64,000 bases of DNA, taken from an uncultured bacterium (GTDB lineage Bacteria > Patescibacteriota > Doudnabacteria > UBA920). Below are positions 23,136 through 32,461 of the stretch, in pieces. A program made the position numbers and the translations under genes. The notes beneath the pieces were generated by a model. That model was given only the letters and a program-made list of their open reading frames with translations. It was not told the origin of the DNA and did no database searches. How positions within the stretch are numbered: the first letter of the stretch is position 1; each line of letters starts with the position of its first letter. The DNA lies in the NCBI GenBank assembly GCA_963749445.1, contig CAVVMJ010000010.1, positions 181,738 through 245,737 of the forward strand. The letters are read 5' to 3'.

Positions 23136-23256
23136 TATTTCAATTCACCCCCTTTCACAAATGCGAAAATTACGTGCGAAACTACGAAATCACTTCGAAA
23201 ACTATTTCGTAATTTTTTCGCAGATTCGCATACTTTTCGCAGTTTCGTATTTTAAA

Positions 23257-25065
23257 TTAATGGCCGAAAAATCCTCTGGCTAAACTGTCCGGCAATAAAC
23301 AAAGGCTGATGTTTTTATCTTTGCAAAACTTTTTAATTTCAGGGTCGCGCACACTGCCGCTTGTGGCTATTATAGCACAAATCCCGGCTTTTGCCAAAAC
23401 TTCCACCCCGTCCACGAACGGGAAAAAACTGTCGCTGTAGGCCACCGCGCCTTTGGTTTGATGTCCCGCGTCCAGGGCCCGTTTGATGGCCAACTGGCAG
23501 CAGCCGACTCTGTCCTGCTGCCCCACACCGTTGCCGATTAACATCCCGTCTTTGACCAAAGTGACAGTGTTGCTGTTGCTGGTGGAACCGATTGCCCAGG
23601 CCAAAAGCATATCGGATTTTTGCTGATCGGATAATTTGCCGATAAACTCCGGCCGAGGGTTCCCCTCGGTTTCCGAACGGCTCCGGTCCGAGGGGAACCC
23701 TCGGGTCAAATCCAAAACAAAATCATAATTCGGCTGGGCCAAAAACCCGCCGCGCACATAACGGAACCGACGATGGCTATCCGGCGAGTTTTTTGACAGA
23801 TTCCCCAGCGCGGGGTTTACCAAAAACCGGCACTTGTCGCCTTTGCGTTTTAACATTCTGACCGCTCCTTCGGTAAAGGATGGAGCAATAATCCCATCAA
23901 GCAACCTCCGCGGCTTGCCCGCCGAAGCTTCAGCGAAGGTGGGAGCTTTCCCCTCCTTTTCAAGGAGGGGTCCGGCCGAAGGCCGGGGGGTGGTTGGAGC
24001 CATCCGATGTGTAAGCAATATTTCCGCCAATTTTTCGTCAACCAAAAAATTTACCATCACCAGCCCGCCAAAAATCGCGCGCAAATCCCCTTCCAGCATT
24101 TTTTGGATGGCCGATGACGGCGTATCGGAAACCGCCGCACCGCACGGGTTGCCGTGCTTTACCCCCAAAGCTATATTCATTATTCCCTTCCCCCTCTGGG
24201 GGAAGGTGGCCGTGAGGCGGCCGGATGAGGGTTTTATTACGGATTGCAACAAAGTGGGATTGCAGTCAAACCCTGCCGCAATGTGCGTTATGGTCTGCAG
24301 CAATCTGTCCACGTCCGCCCAGTTGTTGTAACTTACCGGCATGCCGGCCAATAATCGGAATTTCGATAGCGATAATTCATCACTATCTGAAATCGCATAC
24401 AATCCCGCCGGCGTCTGGCATGCATTCTCGCCATATTTACAAATTGCGGCGCGGTGACCAACCATTCCTTCGTATTCGCCCGCTCCGTGATAGCGCGCGG
24501 ACGACAAACAGTACTCCGCCACAATAAATTCCGCTTTAGCTGCAAGCTGGTCCAAAAATTTTTCTTTATCAGGCTTGCCGTTTTTTAACCAGCTGATGAC
24601 TGCCACCCTGTCGTCCGGATCACAAACGACGATTCTTCTTCCCTTGGCCGCGCTCCGGAGCATTGTCGGCCCGCCAATGTCAGTCTTTTCGATAACAGCT
24701 TCCCTGGCCTTTGCCGATCCGACTTCCGATTTTCCGATTTTTCCGATTTCTTCCGACAACGGATACAAATCCACGCACACCAAATCTATCCACGGGATTT
24801 TTAATCGATTTAATTCCTGCCGATCTTCATCGGTATCCCGCGCCAAAAGCCCGGCGTGGACTTCGCGCGACAACGTGACTACGCGATGACCCAAAATCGC
24901 CTTACCGCCGGCCAAAGAAGCCACATCAGTCACTTTAATTCCTGCGTCTGACAAAGCTTTGGCTGTCCCTCCGCTCGCCAAAATTTTAAATCCCAAATCC
25001 GCCAACTCTTTGGCAAATTCCACAATCCCGTCTTTATTATAAACCGAAATCAGTGCGGTTTTCAT
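23257..25065 (-). CDS. purH: Bifunctional IMP cyclohydrolase / AICAR transformylase with several in-frame repeat insertions
   Basis: ALISVYNKDG, DIGGPTMLRSAAK, KYGEN, KHGNPCG, GVGQQDR, SDSFFPF. Confidence 0.95.
   Translation of the reverse strand: MKTALISVYNKDGIVEFAKELADLGFKILASGGTAKALSDAGIKVTDVASLAGGKAILGHRVVTLSREVHAGLLARDTDEDRQELNRLKIPWIDLVCVDLYPLSEEIGKIGKSEVGSAKAREAVIEKTDIGGPTMLRSAAKGRRIVVCDPDDRVAVISWLKNGKPDKEKFLDQLAAKAEFIVAEYCLSSARYHGAGEYEGMVGHRAAICKYGENACQTPAGLYAISDSDELSLSKFRLLAGMPVSYNNWADVDRLLQTITHIAAGFDCNPTLLQSVIKPSSGRLTATFPQRGKGIMNIALGVKHGNPCGAAVSDTPSSAIQKMLEGDLRAIFGGLVMVNFLVDEKLAEILLTHRMAPTTPRPSAGPLLEKEGKAPTFAEASAGKPRRLLDGIIAPSFTEGAVRMLKRKGDKCRFLVNPALGNLSKNSPDSHRRFRYVRGGFLAQPNYDFVLDLTRGFPSDRSRSETEGNPRPEFIGKLSDQQKSDMLLAWAIGSTSNSNTVTLVKDGMLIGNGVGQQDRVGCCQLAIKRALDAGHQTKGAVAYSDSFFPFVDGVEVLAKAGICAIIATSGSVRDPEIKKFCKDKNISLCLLPDSLARGFFGH
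23908..23999. repeat. Double-hairpin unit with nested short palindrome, in frame inside purH
   Basis: Encodes PTTPRPSAGPLLEKEGKAPTFAEASAGKPR. Confidence 0.88.
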
Positions 25066-25114
25066 AATTGGACAAATCCTATCATCCTACAGTGCATAGT
25101 AGGTTCTGACTATT

Positions 25115-25651
25115 TTAATTTTTCATTCCCTTCCATTCCCGGTCTAAAATCGACATATGCAAAACGTCGTAAAATCTTTTTTGGTACGCATTGTGTTCGC
25201 GCAATCGGCCTTCCAGCTTAAAACCCAGGCGCTTATAGACTTTAATCGCTCGCGGATTGTAAACCATTACATCCAATTCTATACGGTGCAATTTTAATTT
25301 CTTAAAGCCAAAATTGATCATGGTCTTGCCGGCGTCGGTGCCAAAGCCCTTATTCCAATATTTTTTGTCGCCGATGACAATTCCGAACACGGCGCGCCGG
25401 TTCGGCACATTTATATCCAAACTGACCGAGCCTATATGCCTACGCTCCAAAGTTTCTATGGTAAAATTTTTCTTTACTTTACTGTCTTTTTTATTCTGAC
25501 TAATCCACTTTCTCTCTTTGCTCAAAGTCAAACGCCGGTCGTGCGCCTGTAAAAATCGATGAACCTCTTTGTCATTCAACCACTTCACAAACCGCGGAGC
25601 GTCGCTCATTTTTATCGGCCGCAAAATGACTTTTTCACCTTTTAAAATCAT
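25115..25651 (-). CDS. RimJ/RimL-family GNAT acetyltransferase
   Basis: YWNKGFGT, LHRIEL, NPRAIKVYKRLGF..EG. Confidence 0.9.
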   Translation of the reverse strand: MILKGEKVILRPIKMSDAPRFVKWLNDKEVHRFLQAHDRRLTLSKERKWISQNKKDSKVKKNFTIETLERRHIGSVSLDINVPNRRAVFGIVIGDKKYWNKGFGTDAGKTMINFGFKKLKLHRIELDVMVYNPRAIKVYKRLGFKLEGRLREHNAYQKRFYDVLHMSILDREWKGMKN

Positions 25652-25764
25652 GGCTTTATTTTATTATAGCAAAAAATACCTTTTTAGGCATTTCCAATCC
25701 TCTGTTATCTTTTACTAAAAATCCTAGTGATTGCTTTTTTGACGGCCGTCAAAAAAGCAATCAC

Positions 25765-26337
25765 TCATTTGAATACGCCAAATTTTTTTAACATCTTTTG
25801 CAAAACATCCAGCGGCAAGCCCACCACCGCGCTGTAGTCGCCAATAATTTTTTTGATTAGCCCGGCTCCCCTGTCCTGCACGGCGTAAGCCCCGGCCCGG
25901 TCCATGGGCTCGCCCGTGGCAATGTAATTTTGGATTCCCTGACGGCTTAATTTGCGAAAATAAATTTTGCTTTTGACTACGCGAATCTGTTTTTTCTTAA
26001 TCGATGAATCAACCACCGCAACCGCGGTATAAATGTAATTTGAACGGCCGCTCAATTTCCGTAACATCAAAATAGCACCAGCTCCATCCTTAGGTTTGCC
26101 AAACACCTTTCCTTTATAAACGACAATCGTGTCCGCGCCAATCACAATCGCCTTAGGATATTTTTTTGCCACAGCTTCGGCTTTGCCCAAAGCCAAAAAT
26201 TTGACCAAAGCTTCCGGTTTTAAATGCTTATGGTGAATTTCCCGATAATTGCTCTCCGCCACCTTAAACGGCAGCCCCAAGTGCATCATCAAGGCTTTTC
26301 GGCGCGGCGAGGTGGAAGCTAGAATTATCGATCTCAT
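25765..26337 (-). CDS. maf: Maf family nucleotide pyrophosphatase
   Basis: IILASTSPRR, IGADTIV, GKP, AGAYAVQ, VVGLP. Confidence 0.95.
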   Translation of the reverse strand: MRSIILASTSPRRKALMMHLGLPFKVAESNYREIHHKHLKPEALVKFLALGKAEAVAKKYPKAIVIGADTIVVYKGKVFGKPKDGAGAILMLRKLSGRSNYIYTAVAVVDSSIKKKQIRVVKSKIYFRKLSRQGIQNYIATGEPMDRAGAYAVQDRGAGLIKKIIGDYSAVVGLPLDVLQKMLKKFGVFK

Positions 26338-26429
26338 AACGTCATTATAACATTTTCTCTAAATTTTTGACGGGAACGGAATTTATGCTATTATTCCCAT
26401 ATCACATCATTCATTGGGAAAGGAAAAAT

Positions 26430-27116
26430 ATGACAAAATGGTTTGGGAAAAAAAGTTTGCTTTTTATCGGCATTTTCGCCGTACTGGGTTTTTTGGCCCT
26501 GCAGGTGCCGCTGACCCATTTGGTCGGCTCCAAAGCGACCTTTACGGTCTTTGATGCCTTTGGGCCCATTGCCACAGGTTTTATCGGCACCCTGCCGGGA
26601 ATTATTGCCGTGGCTTTAATGCAACTGCTGAATTTTTTGGTTCACGGTTCCAGAGTGCTTGATGCCGGCACCGTAATCCGCTTTTTCCCCATGCTGTTTG
26701 CCGCGTTCTATTTTGGCAAAAACACCAAACTCAATTTTATTATTCCGGCGCTGGCGATTATCATCTTTAACCTCAACCCCGTCGGCCGCTCGGCTTGGAT
26801 TTATTCCATGTTTTGGTTAATCCCAATAGTTTGCTACTTTTTCTACGAAAAATCTTTGCTGGCCAAGAGCCTGGGCGCGACCTTTACCGCGCACGCGGTC
26901 GGCGGCGCTATGTGGGTTTGGGCGTTCGGCCTTTCCAAGGCAATGTGGCTGGCTTTGATTCCGATTACGGCCATTGAACGCTCCGCATTTACCTTGGGCA
27001 TCGCCGCTACCTATCTGGTTACCAACAACGTCTTAAATTTTTTGGTGCAAAAGAAAATCGTCAAATGGGATTTTTTGGTCAACCAAAAGTATGCATTAAA
27101 ATGGAAAACCGCCTAA
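26430..27116 (+). CDS. Polytopic membrane protein (possibly ECF S-component-like)
   Basis: About six hydrophobic segments; AAGGA upstream; terminator downstream. Confidence 0.6.
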   Translation: MTKWFGKKSLLFIGIFAVLGFLALQVPLTHLVGSKATFTVFDAFGPIATGFIGTLPGIIAVALMQLLNFLVHGSRVLDAGTVIRFFPMLFAAFYFGKNTKLNFIIPALAIIIFNLNPVGRSAWIYSMFWLIPIVCYFFYEKSLLAKSLGATFTAHAVGGAMWVWAFGLSKAMWLALIPITAIERSAFTLGIAATYLVTNNVLNFLVQKKIVKWDFLVNQKYALKWKTA

Positions 27117-27123
27117 GCCGCTT

Positions 27124-27149
27124 AAACCCCGGAAAGTTCCGGGGTTTTA
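27124..27149 (+). terminator. Putative intrinsic terminator
   Basis: AAACCCCGGAA..TTCCGGGGTTTT. Confidence 0.7.
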
Positions 27150-27212
27150 AATTTTTTTTGATTGTTCTCGACAAGCTCAAACAATATTGTTAAAATATCG
27201 GTATCAATTTAT

Positions 27213-27286
27213 CGGGATGTAGTATAGTGGTAGTACGCATGCATGGGGTGCATGTAGTCCGAGTCCGATTCTCGGCATCCCGACCA
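27213..27286 (+). tRNA. tRNA-Pro(GGG)
   Basis: Acceptor CGGGATG/CATCCCG+ACCA; anticodon arm CATGC-ATGGGGT-GCATG; T-loop TCCGATT. Confidence 0.92.
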
Positions 27287-27577
27287 GCCTTCGCCAAGAC
27301 TACGGCTAGCTTGTGCCAGCAGCAGGTTTGTCGAAGTTTGGATAGAATATAAAATCAAATTGTAGTGAAGGCTGCGCGCCGAAGTTAGACGAAGGCGGGC
27401 CAAGATGGTTTAAATTAGCCGCCATTCTGGCGGCTTTTGAATTTATCCGCCTTCGCCAAGGCTACGGCGGATTGTTCTCTATAAATAAATTAAATTTGTG
27501 AACAAAAACTGGTGCCCCGGGAACCACTCTACCGATCAATACGATCGGCGTTTAGTGGACCCGGGGCGCATTCAAAG

Positions 27578-27844
27578 CTATGCGGTAACTCTCGTACCGT
27601 TGGCGGCACGAGTGATATGCTTTACAAACCTCGCGGCCCCTTTACTCGGAAGGAAAGGCGGCTCGCAAGAATACCTTTGGTTGTAAAGGGAAATATATCG
27701 CCGCTCGAGATTATGGAAGATAGCCAGCTCTTCCTCGGTCGGAACGCGCTTGTAGCGCGCTATTCTTAATATCGTACCGACCATCTCTTGTTCCAGCGAC
27801 GTAACTTCCCGGTATTCAACCGGCGGATACCACACGGCGCGCAT
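27578..27844 (-). CDS. Small hypothetical protein
   Basis: AAGGAGG RBS before MRAVWYPP. Confidence 0.55.
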   Translation of the reverse strand: MRAVWYPPVEYREVTSLEQEMVGTILRIARYKRVPTEEELAIFHNLERRYISLYNQRYSCEPPFLPSKGAARFVKHITRAANGTRVTA

Positions 27845-28203
27845 CGTTTCCTCCTTTCTGCACACCGAATTGCGATCAAACTTTAATTGCAATTCGCTAT
27901 ACAAAAAATAAATCCGCCTTTCGGGCGGGGTGGAAGTTTCCGATTTCTTGATATCTCTAAATTTCCAACCTGCCCTTTTTGCCAACATTAACAACAACCC
28001 CGACGACGAGGTTAAGGATGTTAATGATTTGGGTGGGTAAATAATTCATGGTTGTATTCTATATTGCAAAAAAAATAAACTGATAAAGTGAAATAAAAAT
28101 TTTAGAAATAGCGTGCCGAGGAACCACGCTGTACGAAAGACTTTGAAATAATCTTAGTCAGTATACAGCGGGCTCCCCGGCGGCTTGCGGGAGAAAAAGC
28201 GCA

Positions 28204-28521
28204 TCAGGCGTGAGCGGTAACGAACTGGGCCAAACGAACGGCTCGAGGGACGCCATGCCCTCGGATCTGTCCGGCTTGATGGTGCTTTTCCGACTTGATG
28301 CTATCCGCATATTTCCGGATCATCGTCCGGGTTACCGGTAAAGCTTTCAGCTTAAAACCGATCCTCCTATGAAGCTCTTGATGCACCTTGAACAAATGAT
28401 CGGAATGCGGATTGTGCATCTTGTGGCGCAGGTTCCGCCGTTCTACCAACAAACGGAACGCCTTTGCCGCCGGACTATCGTCCGGCTTCTCCTTATCAGG
28501 CCAAATATCCTGAATCTTCAT
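28204..28521 (-). CDS. Small basic, His-rich hypothetical protein
   Basis: AAGGAGG RBS before MKIQDIWP. Confidence 0.55.
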   Translation of the reverse strand: MKIQDIWPDKEKPDDSPAAKAFRLLVERRNLRHKMHNPHSDHLFKVHQELHRRIGFKLKALPVTRTMIRKYADSIKSEKHHQAGQIRGHGVPRAVRLAQFVTAHA

Positions 28522-29217
28522 CGATTGCCCTCCTTGGCAACTGGATCCCTCTTCTGCATCAGCAAAAGAGGATACTACACCGCACAACGACGGCCTTAGA
28601 ATTGGACGGGTCAGGGCTTATCCCAATCTTTCCCATGCTCTCAACCGTACTTGGTCGTGAACTGAATCGGGACATGCCCTAATCAGACATTACATCCACG
28701 ATCGTTCCGCAATTGAGCACATTTGCCAACTTGGTAAGTCGGCGGGAAAAACTGAGCACCCCTTTTCTCGGAGAATGAGGTATTATTGCATCCGAGCCTT
28801 TGACCCGTAATCTTTTGAGCATTGCTGCTCAGAAAATTTTATCCAATTCTTTTAGATAAAAATTCCTAAGCACCATCCTCTGCCCAACAAAATACCTAGC
28901 CTTCTCGTTTTGGCTAGGTTGGTGTTTGTTCTAAATTCCGTTTAACTTTTTCCCCTTCAAACCCCACCTAGCCCGTCCCAAACATAGCCCTTAACAAAAA
29001 GGACCGGGCGGACGACAATGGTGGTGGAAAGGTTTTTATACATTCTTGTACTGGTTAACTGATACAAGTATACAACAAACTGGCAAATTGTCAATATATT
29101 TATAAATTTGGCTTAAATAAAAGACTAATTTTATATGATGGCGTAATACTTAATGAAAATTTATTGGTTATCCCCAATCACGAACAATATATTCGGCTAT
29201 CCTGTTATTCGGTTATA

Positions 29218-29698
29218 CGCGGAGCTTCCCCTCCTGCCAAGGAGGGGTGTCGCGCGAAGCGTGACGGGGTGGTTGGAGTTATTGCAAATGTTTCCCGATT
29301 TCAGCCAACACCCCTTCTAAATTTTTAATTACATCGCCGTTTTGAAAACGGATAACCTTTATGCCTTTGCTCTCCAAATATCTTGCGCGTTCCTGGTCTT
29401 TTGTGTAGCCCTGTTCCGTATCGTGAGGCGAACCATCAAGTTCTATGGCTAATTGCCTGCTTGGGCAATAAAAGTCCAGGATATAATAACCAATGCCGTG
29501 CTGCCGCCTGAATTTTACTCCCAATTGGTTATTCTTGAGATGCACCCAAAGTCTGGCTTCTGCCGGGGTTAAATGCTTGCGTAGTTCTTTCCGGTTATTT
29601 TTTGAGCCTATTAGATTATTCAACCTATCAGTCATGCTCCAACCCCCTCCCCCGCCTTCGGCGGGTACTCCCCCTTGACAGGGGGAGAGGCTCCGCGG
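29218..29698. mobile_element. Putative DUF559 cassette 2
   Basis: Units 29218-29278 and 29637-29698; same spacing to stop and start as cassette 1. Confidence 0.7.
29279..29635 (-). CDS. DUF559 / Vsr-like endonuclease domain protein (copy 2, close paralogue of copy 1)
   Basis: LRKHLTPAEARLW, KFRRQHGIG, IELDGSPH, DVIKNLEGVL shared with 12375..12725. Confidence 0.92.
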   Translation of the reverse strand: MTDRLNNLIGSKNNRKELRKHLTPAEARLWVHLKNNQLGVKFRRQHGIGYYILDFYCPSRQLAIELDGSPHDTEQGYTKDQERARYLESKGIKVIRFQNGDVIKNLEGVLAEIGKHLQ

Positions 29699-30655
29699 TT
29701 AGACCGTCAAGTACCCCCCGCCCTCGGCTGAACGCTGTTCAGCCATTCGCTTAATAATGTCCTCCAGCTCCTCGTCGCTGAAAAAATCTATGGTGATTCT
29801 GCCGCCCTTGCCCTGGCGCTGGATTTTGACCTGCGTGCCGAGCTTGCCGCGCAGCTCGGTTTCAAAAGCCATCAGCTTTGGGTCAGGCGCCACGCCGTCC
29901 ATTTGCCTTTTTTGGGTGAGCTCGCGCACCTTTTGTTCCACCTGCCGCACGTTTAAATTCTGCTCCAGCACCAGTTTATACATCAACAATATTTTTTCCG
30001 GATCGTTCAGCCCGAGTAACGCACGCGCGTGGCCTTCCATAATTTTCCCTTCTATCACGCCGCGCTGGATTTCCGCCGGAAGATTTAAAAGCCGCACGGT
30101 GTTGGCCACGGCCGGCCGGCTCTTACCCACTTTTTTGGCCACCTGGTCCTGCGTCAAATTAAACGTCTTCATCAGCCGCTCAAACGCCTGCGCTTCTTCT
30201 ATGGGATTTAATTCCTTGCGTTGGATGTTCTCGATTAAAGCCACCTCCAGCTTGGTCTGGTCCACCATATCTTTTTTAATGATGGCCGGCGCGAATTTTA
30301 GCCCCGCCAACTGGCAGGCGCGGAAACGCCGCTCCCCCACCACCAACTCGTAACCGACCGGGGTTTTGGTCACCACCAAAGGCTGGATGACGCCGTGCTC
30401 CACAATGGAGTCGGCAAGTTCCTGCAAAGCTTTTGGCTCAAAACTTTTGCGCGGTTGGAACGGGTTGGGGGAAATCAGAGCCACCTCAATTTCCTCAATC
30501 TTGGCATCTTTGTAAGACAACGGCTCGGAAACCGGTGGAACAATCGGCGGCGCTTCATTTACAACGTTCGGCGCGCCTATTAAATGCGGCTCTGCCGCCG
30601 GCCCGATTTGCGGCTCGGTCGTAATGTTTAGTTGTGGGTTTAAATTATCTTCCAT
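29699..30655 (-). CDS. parB: Chromosome partitioning protein ParB
   Basis: PNPFQPRK, GVIQP, GERRFRA, ENIQR, HTH VGKSRPAVAN, GHARALL. Confidence 0.97.
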   Translation of the reverse strand: MEDNLNPQLNITTEPQIGPAAEPHLIGAPNVVNEAPPIVPPVSEPLSYKDAKIEEIEVALISPNPFQPRKSFEPKALQELADSIVEHGVIQPLVVTKTPVGYELVVGERRFRACQLAGLKFAPAIIKKDMVDQTKLEVALIENIQRKELNPIEEAQAFERLMKTFNLTQDQVAKKVGKSRPAVANTVRLLNLPAEIQRGVIEGKIMEGHARALLGLNDPEKILLMYKLVLEQNLNVRQVEQKVRELTQKRQMDGVAPDPKLMAFETELRGKLGTQVKIQRQGKGGRITIDFFSDEELEDIIKRMAEQRSAEGGGYLTV

Positions 30656-30709
30656 GGATTATTTTTTAAGATTTACTATAGTGAATCTGCTTTTCAGATG
30701 CACGGATAT

Positions 30710-30841
30710 CCGCGGAGCTCCCCTCCTAATATAGGAGGGGTGTCCTGCGAAGCGGGACGGGGTGGTATTATCTGTGCCGGTATTTTACCACCTCCCCGCC
30801 CTGCGGGCGGTACTCCTCCTTTTCAGGAGGAGAGTACTGCA
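30710..30841. repeat. Double-hairpin element pair, gene-less, head-to-head
   Basis: Same architecture as 16246-16393. Confidence 0.9.
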
Positions 30842-30886
30842 GCCGATAAATCGGCACGCTACACTAAAGCGTATGCCCCGCACAAG

Positions 30887-30970
30887 TGGTGGCCGAGGAG
30901 GGAGTCGAACCCTCATGCCGTTAAGCGCGCGCTCTTGAGGCGCGTGTGTCTGCCATTTCACCACTCGGCC
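30887..30970 (-). tRNA. tRNA-Leu(CAA)
   Basis: GGCCGAG/CTCGGCC+ACCA; anticodon arm CGCGC-CTCAAGA-GCGCG; long variable arm; GGTTCGA. Confidence 0.95.
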
Positions 30971-31120
30971 CCCATTTGTGCGGGGTAAATCTGCCAACTT
31001 GCCCCGACCTTGCGTCGGGGTTTCATCACTCCGGCGTAAAACAAATGTATTTTGGCTTATTTGATTATAGCAAACAATAAAAAAGGCGTAAAGTTTCACG
31101 CCTTTATCCATCAAATCAAA

Positions 31121-31642
31121 TTATCTGATGATTATCGGTGCCAGCCATAAAATTATCGCCAAAGCTGAAGCCAACCCAACCAGCCATCCGGCCAAGACAT
31201 GGAGCACATAATGATAACCCAAAACTACCCTGGCCCAGCCGTTAATTAAAGTCATGGCCAATAAAATCAAACCCAAAACCGGAAAAAACCAATACACCAC
31301 CACGGCCACGGCCGCAAAACTGGCGGCATGGTCGGACGGGAAAGAATTGGCTTTGGTCGTGGGCTCGGAAAATAAAACCGAACGCTGCGGGACGAAATGT
31401 AGCCGCTGGTATGGCCGCGGTTTTCTATATGCTAGATAAACCAGCGGCGAAATAATCAGCCGCGCCAAAACAAAAGCGGCTAGGGCTAAAATCACCTGCC
31501 GCCATTGTCCGATAATTAACAAATAGAAACCGGCAGCAAATACCGCCAGCACGGAATAAATTCCCCAAAATCTCCAAAAATTCCTGTAAGCCTTGCTTGC
31601 GTTGAGGAGTTTTTGCTGGTTAAGATAAAATTGGTCGTCCAT
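31121..31642 (-). CDS. PAP2 family phosphatase
   Basis: RP, SFPSDH, RVVLGYHY motifs. Confidence 0.9.
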   Translation of the reverse strand: MDDQFYLNQQKLLNASKAYRNFWRFWGIYSVLAVFAAGFYLLIIGQWRQVILALAAFVLARLIISPLVYLAYRKPRPYQRLHFVPQRSVLFSEPTTKANSFPSDHAASFAAVAVVVYWFFPVLGLILLAMTLINGWARVVLGYHYVLHVLAGWLVGLASALAIILWLAPIIIR

Positions 31643-32448
31643 TATTTACGGAATAAGAATACGGCAATCACTAAGGCCGCGGCCAGGATCCGGTACCAAA
31701 CAAAAATTTTATAATCGTGGCTTCCCAAATACTGCAGCATATATTTGATGGATAAAAACCCGAACAGCGCGGCCGTAATGAAACCGACGATGAGTTCTTG
31801 GCCGGTAACGCCGTCGTGAAAATGTTTTAAGCTCACCAGACCGGCGCCGAAAATTATCGGAATGGACATTAAAAAGCTAAAGCGCGCCGCGTCCTCGCGT
31901 TTAAAACCCAAACCTAAACCCGTGGCAATCGTGGAGCCTGAGCGCGACACGCCGGGAAAAATCGCCAAGGCCTGGCTGCAGCCGATAAGTAACGCGTCCA
32001 AACCGGTTATACGGTCCAAATTTTTCTTTTTTTTGCCCCACATATCCGCCACAAACAAAATTGCCGCAAAAGCGCTTAAGGTTGCAGCTATCAGCAAAGG
32101 GTCCCGAAAAGCGGCTTCTGCCTTGCTTTCCAGCAAGTAACCGATAATCGCGCCGGGAATGCTGGCAACGATAATCAGCCACGATAATTTCTGATAAATA
32201 TTCGCCGCGTCGCGCGTGCTGGATTTTAAGGAGTGGAAAAATCCGCGGATCAACAGCCAAACATCGTTTCTGAAATACGCGAGTACGGCCAACAGCGTGC
32301 CCCAATGCAGCGCCACATCAAAACCCAATCCCGGATCCGGCCATTTAAACAGCCACGGCACCAAAATTAAATGGGCCGATGAGGAAATCGGCAAAAACTC
32401 CCCGAGCCCCTGCACCAAACCCAACACAAAAGCGTGCAAAATATTCAT
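31642..32448 (-). CDS. uppP: Undecaprenyl-diphosphatase
   Basis: QGLGEFLPISSSAHL, PGVSRSGSTI, ARFSFL. Confidence 0.96.
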   Translation of the reverse strand: MNILHAFVLGLVQGLGEFLPISSSAHLILVPWLFKWPDPGLGFDVALHWGTLLAVLAYFRNDVWLLIRGFFHSLKSSTRDAANIYQKLSWLIIVASIPGAIIGYLLESKAEAAFRDPLLIAATLSAFAAILFVADMWGKKKKNLDRITGLDALLIGCSQALAIFPGVSRSGSTIATGLGLGFKREDAARFSFLMSIPIIFGAGLVSLKHFHDGVTGQELIVGFITAALFGFLSIKYMLQYLGSHDYKIFVWYRILAAALVIAVFLFRK

Positions 32449-32461
32449 AATGATAATTTAA

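Noticed and set aside
27287-29200. Prophage or integrative island at tRNA-Pro
   Set aside because: No integrase, no phage genes and no duplicated tRNA 3' end was found.
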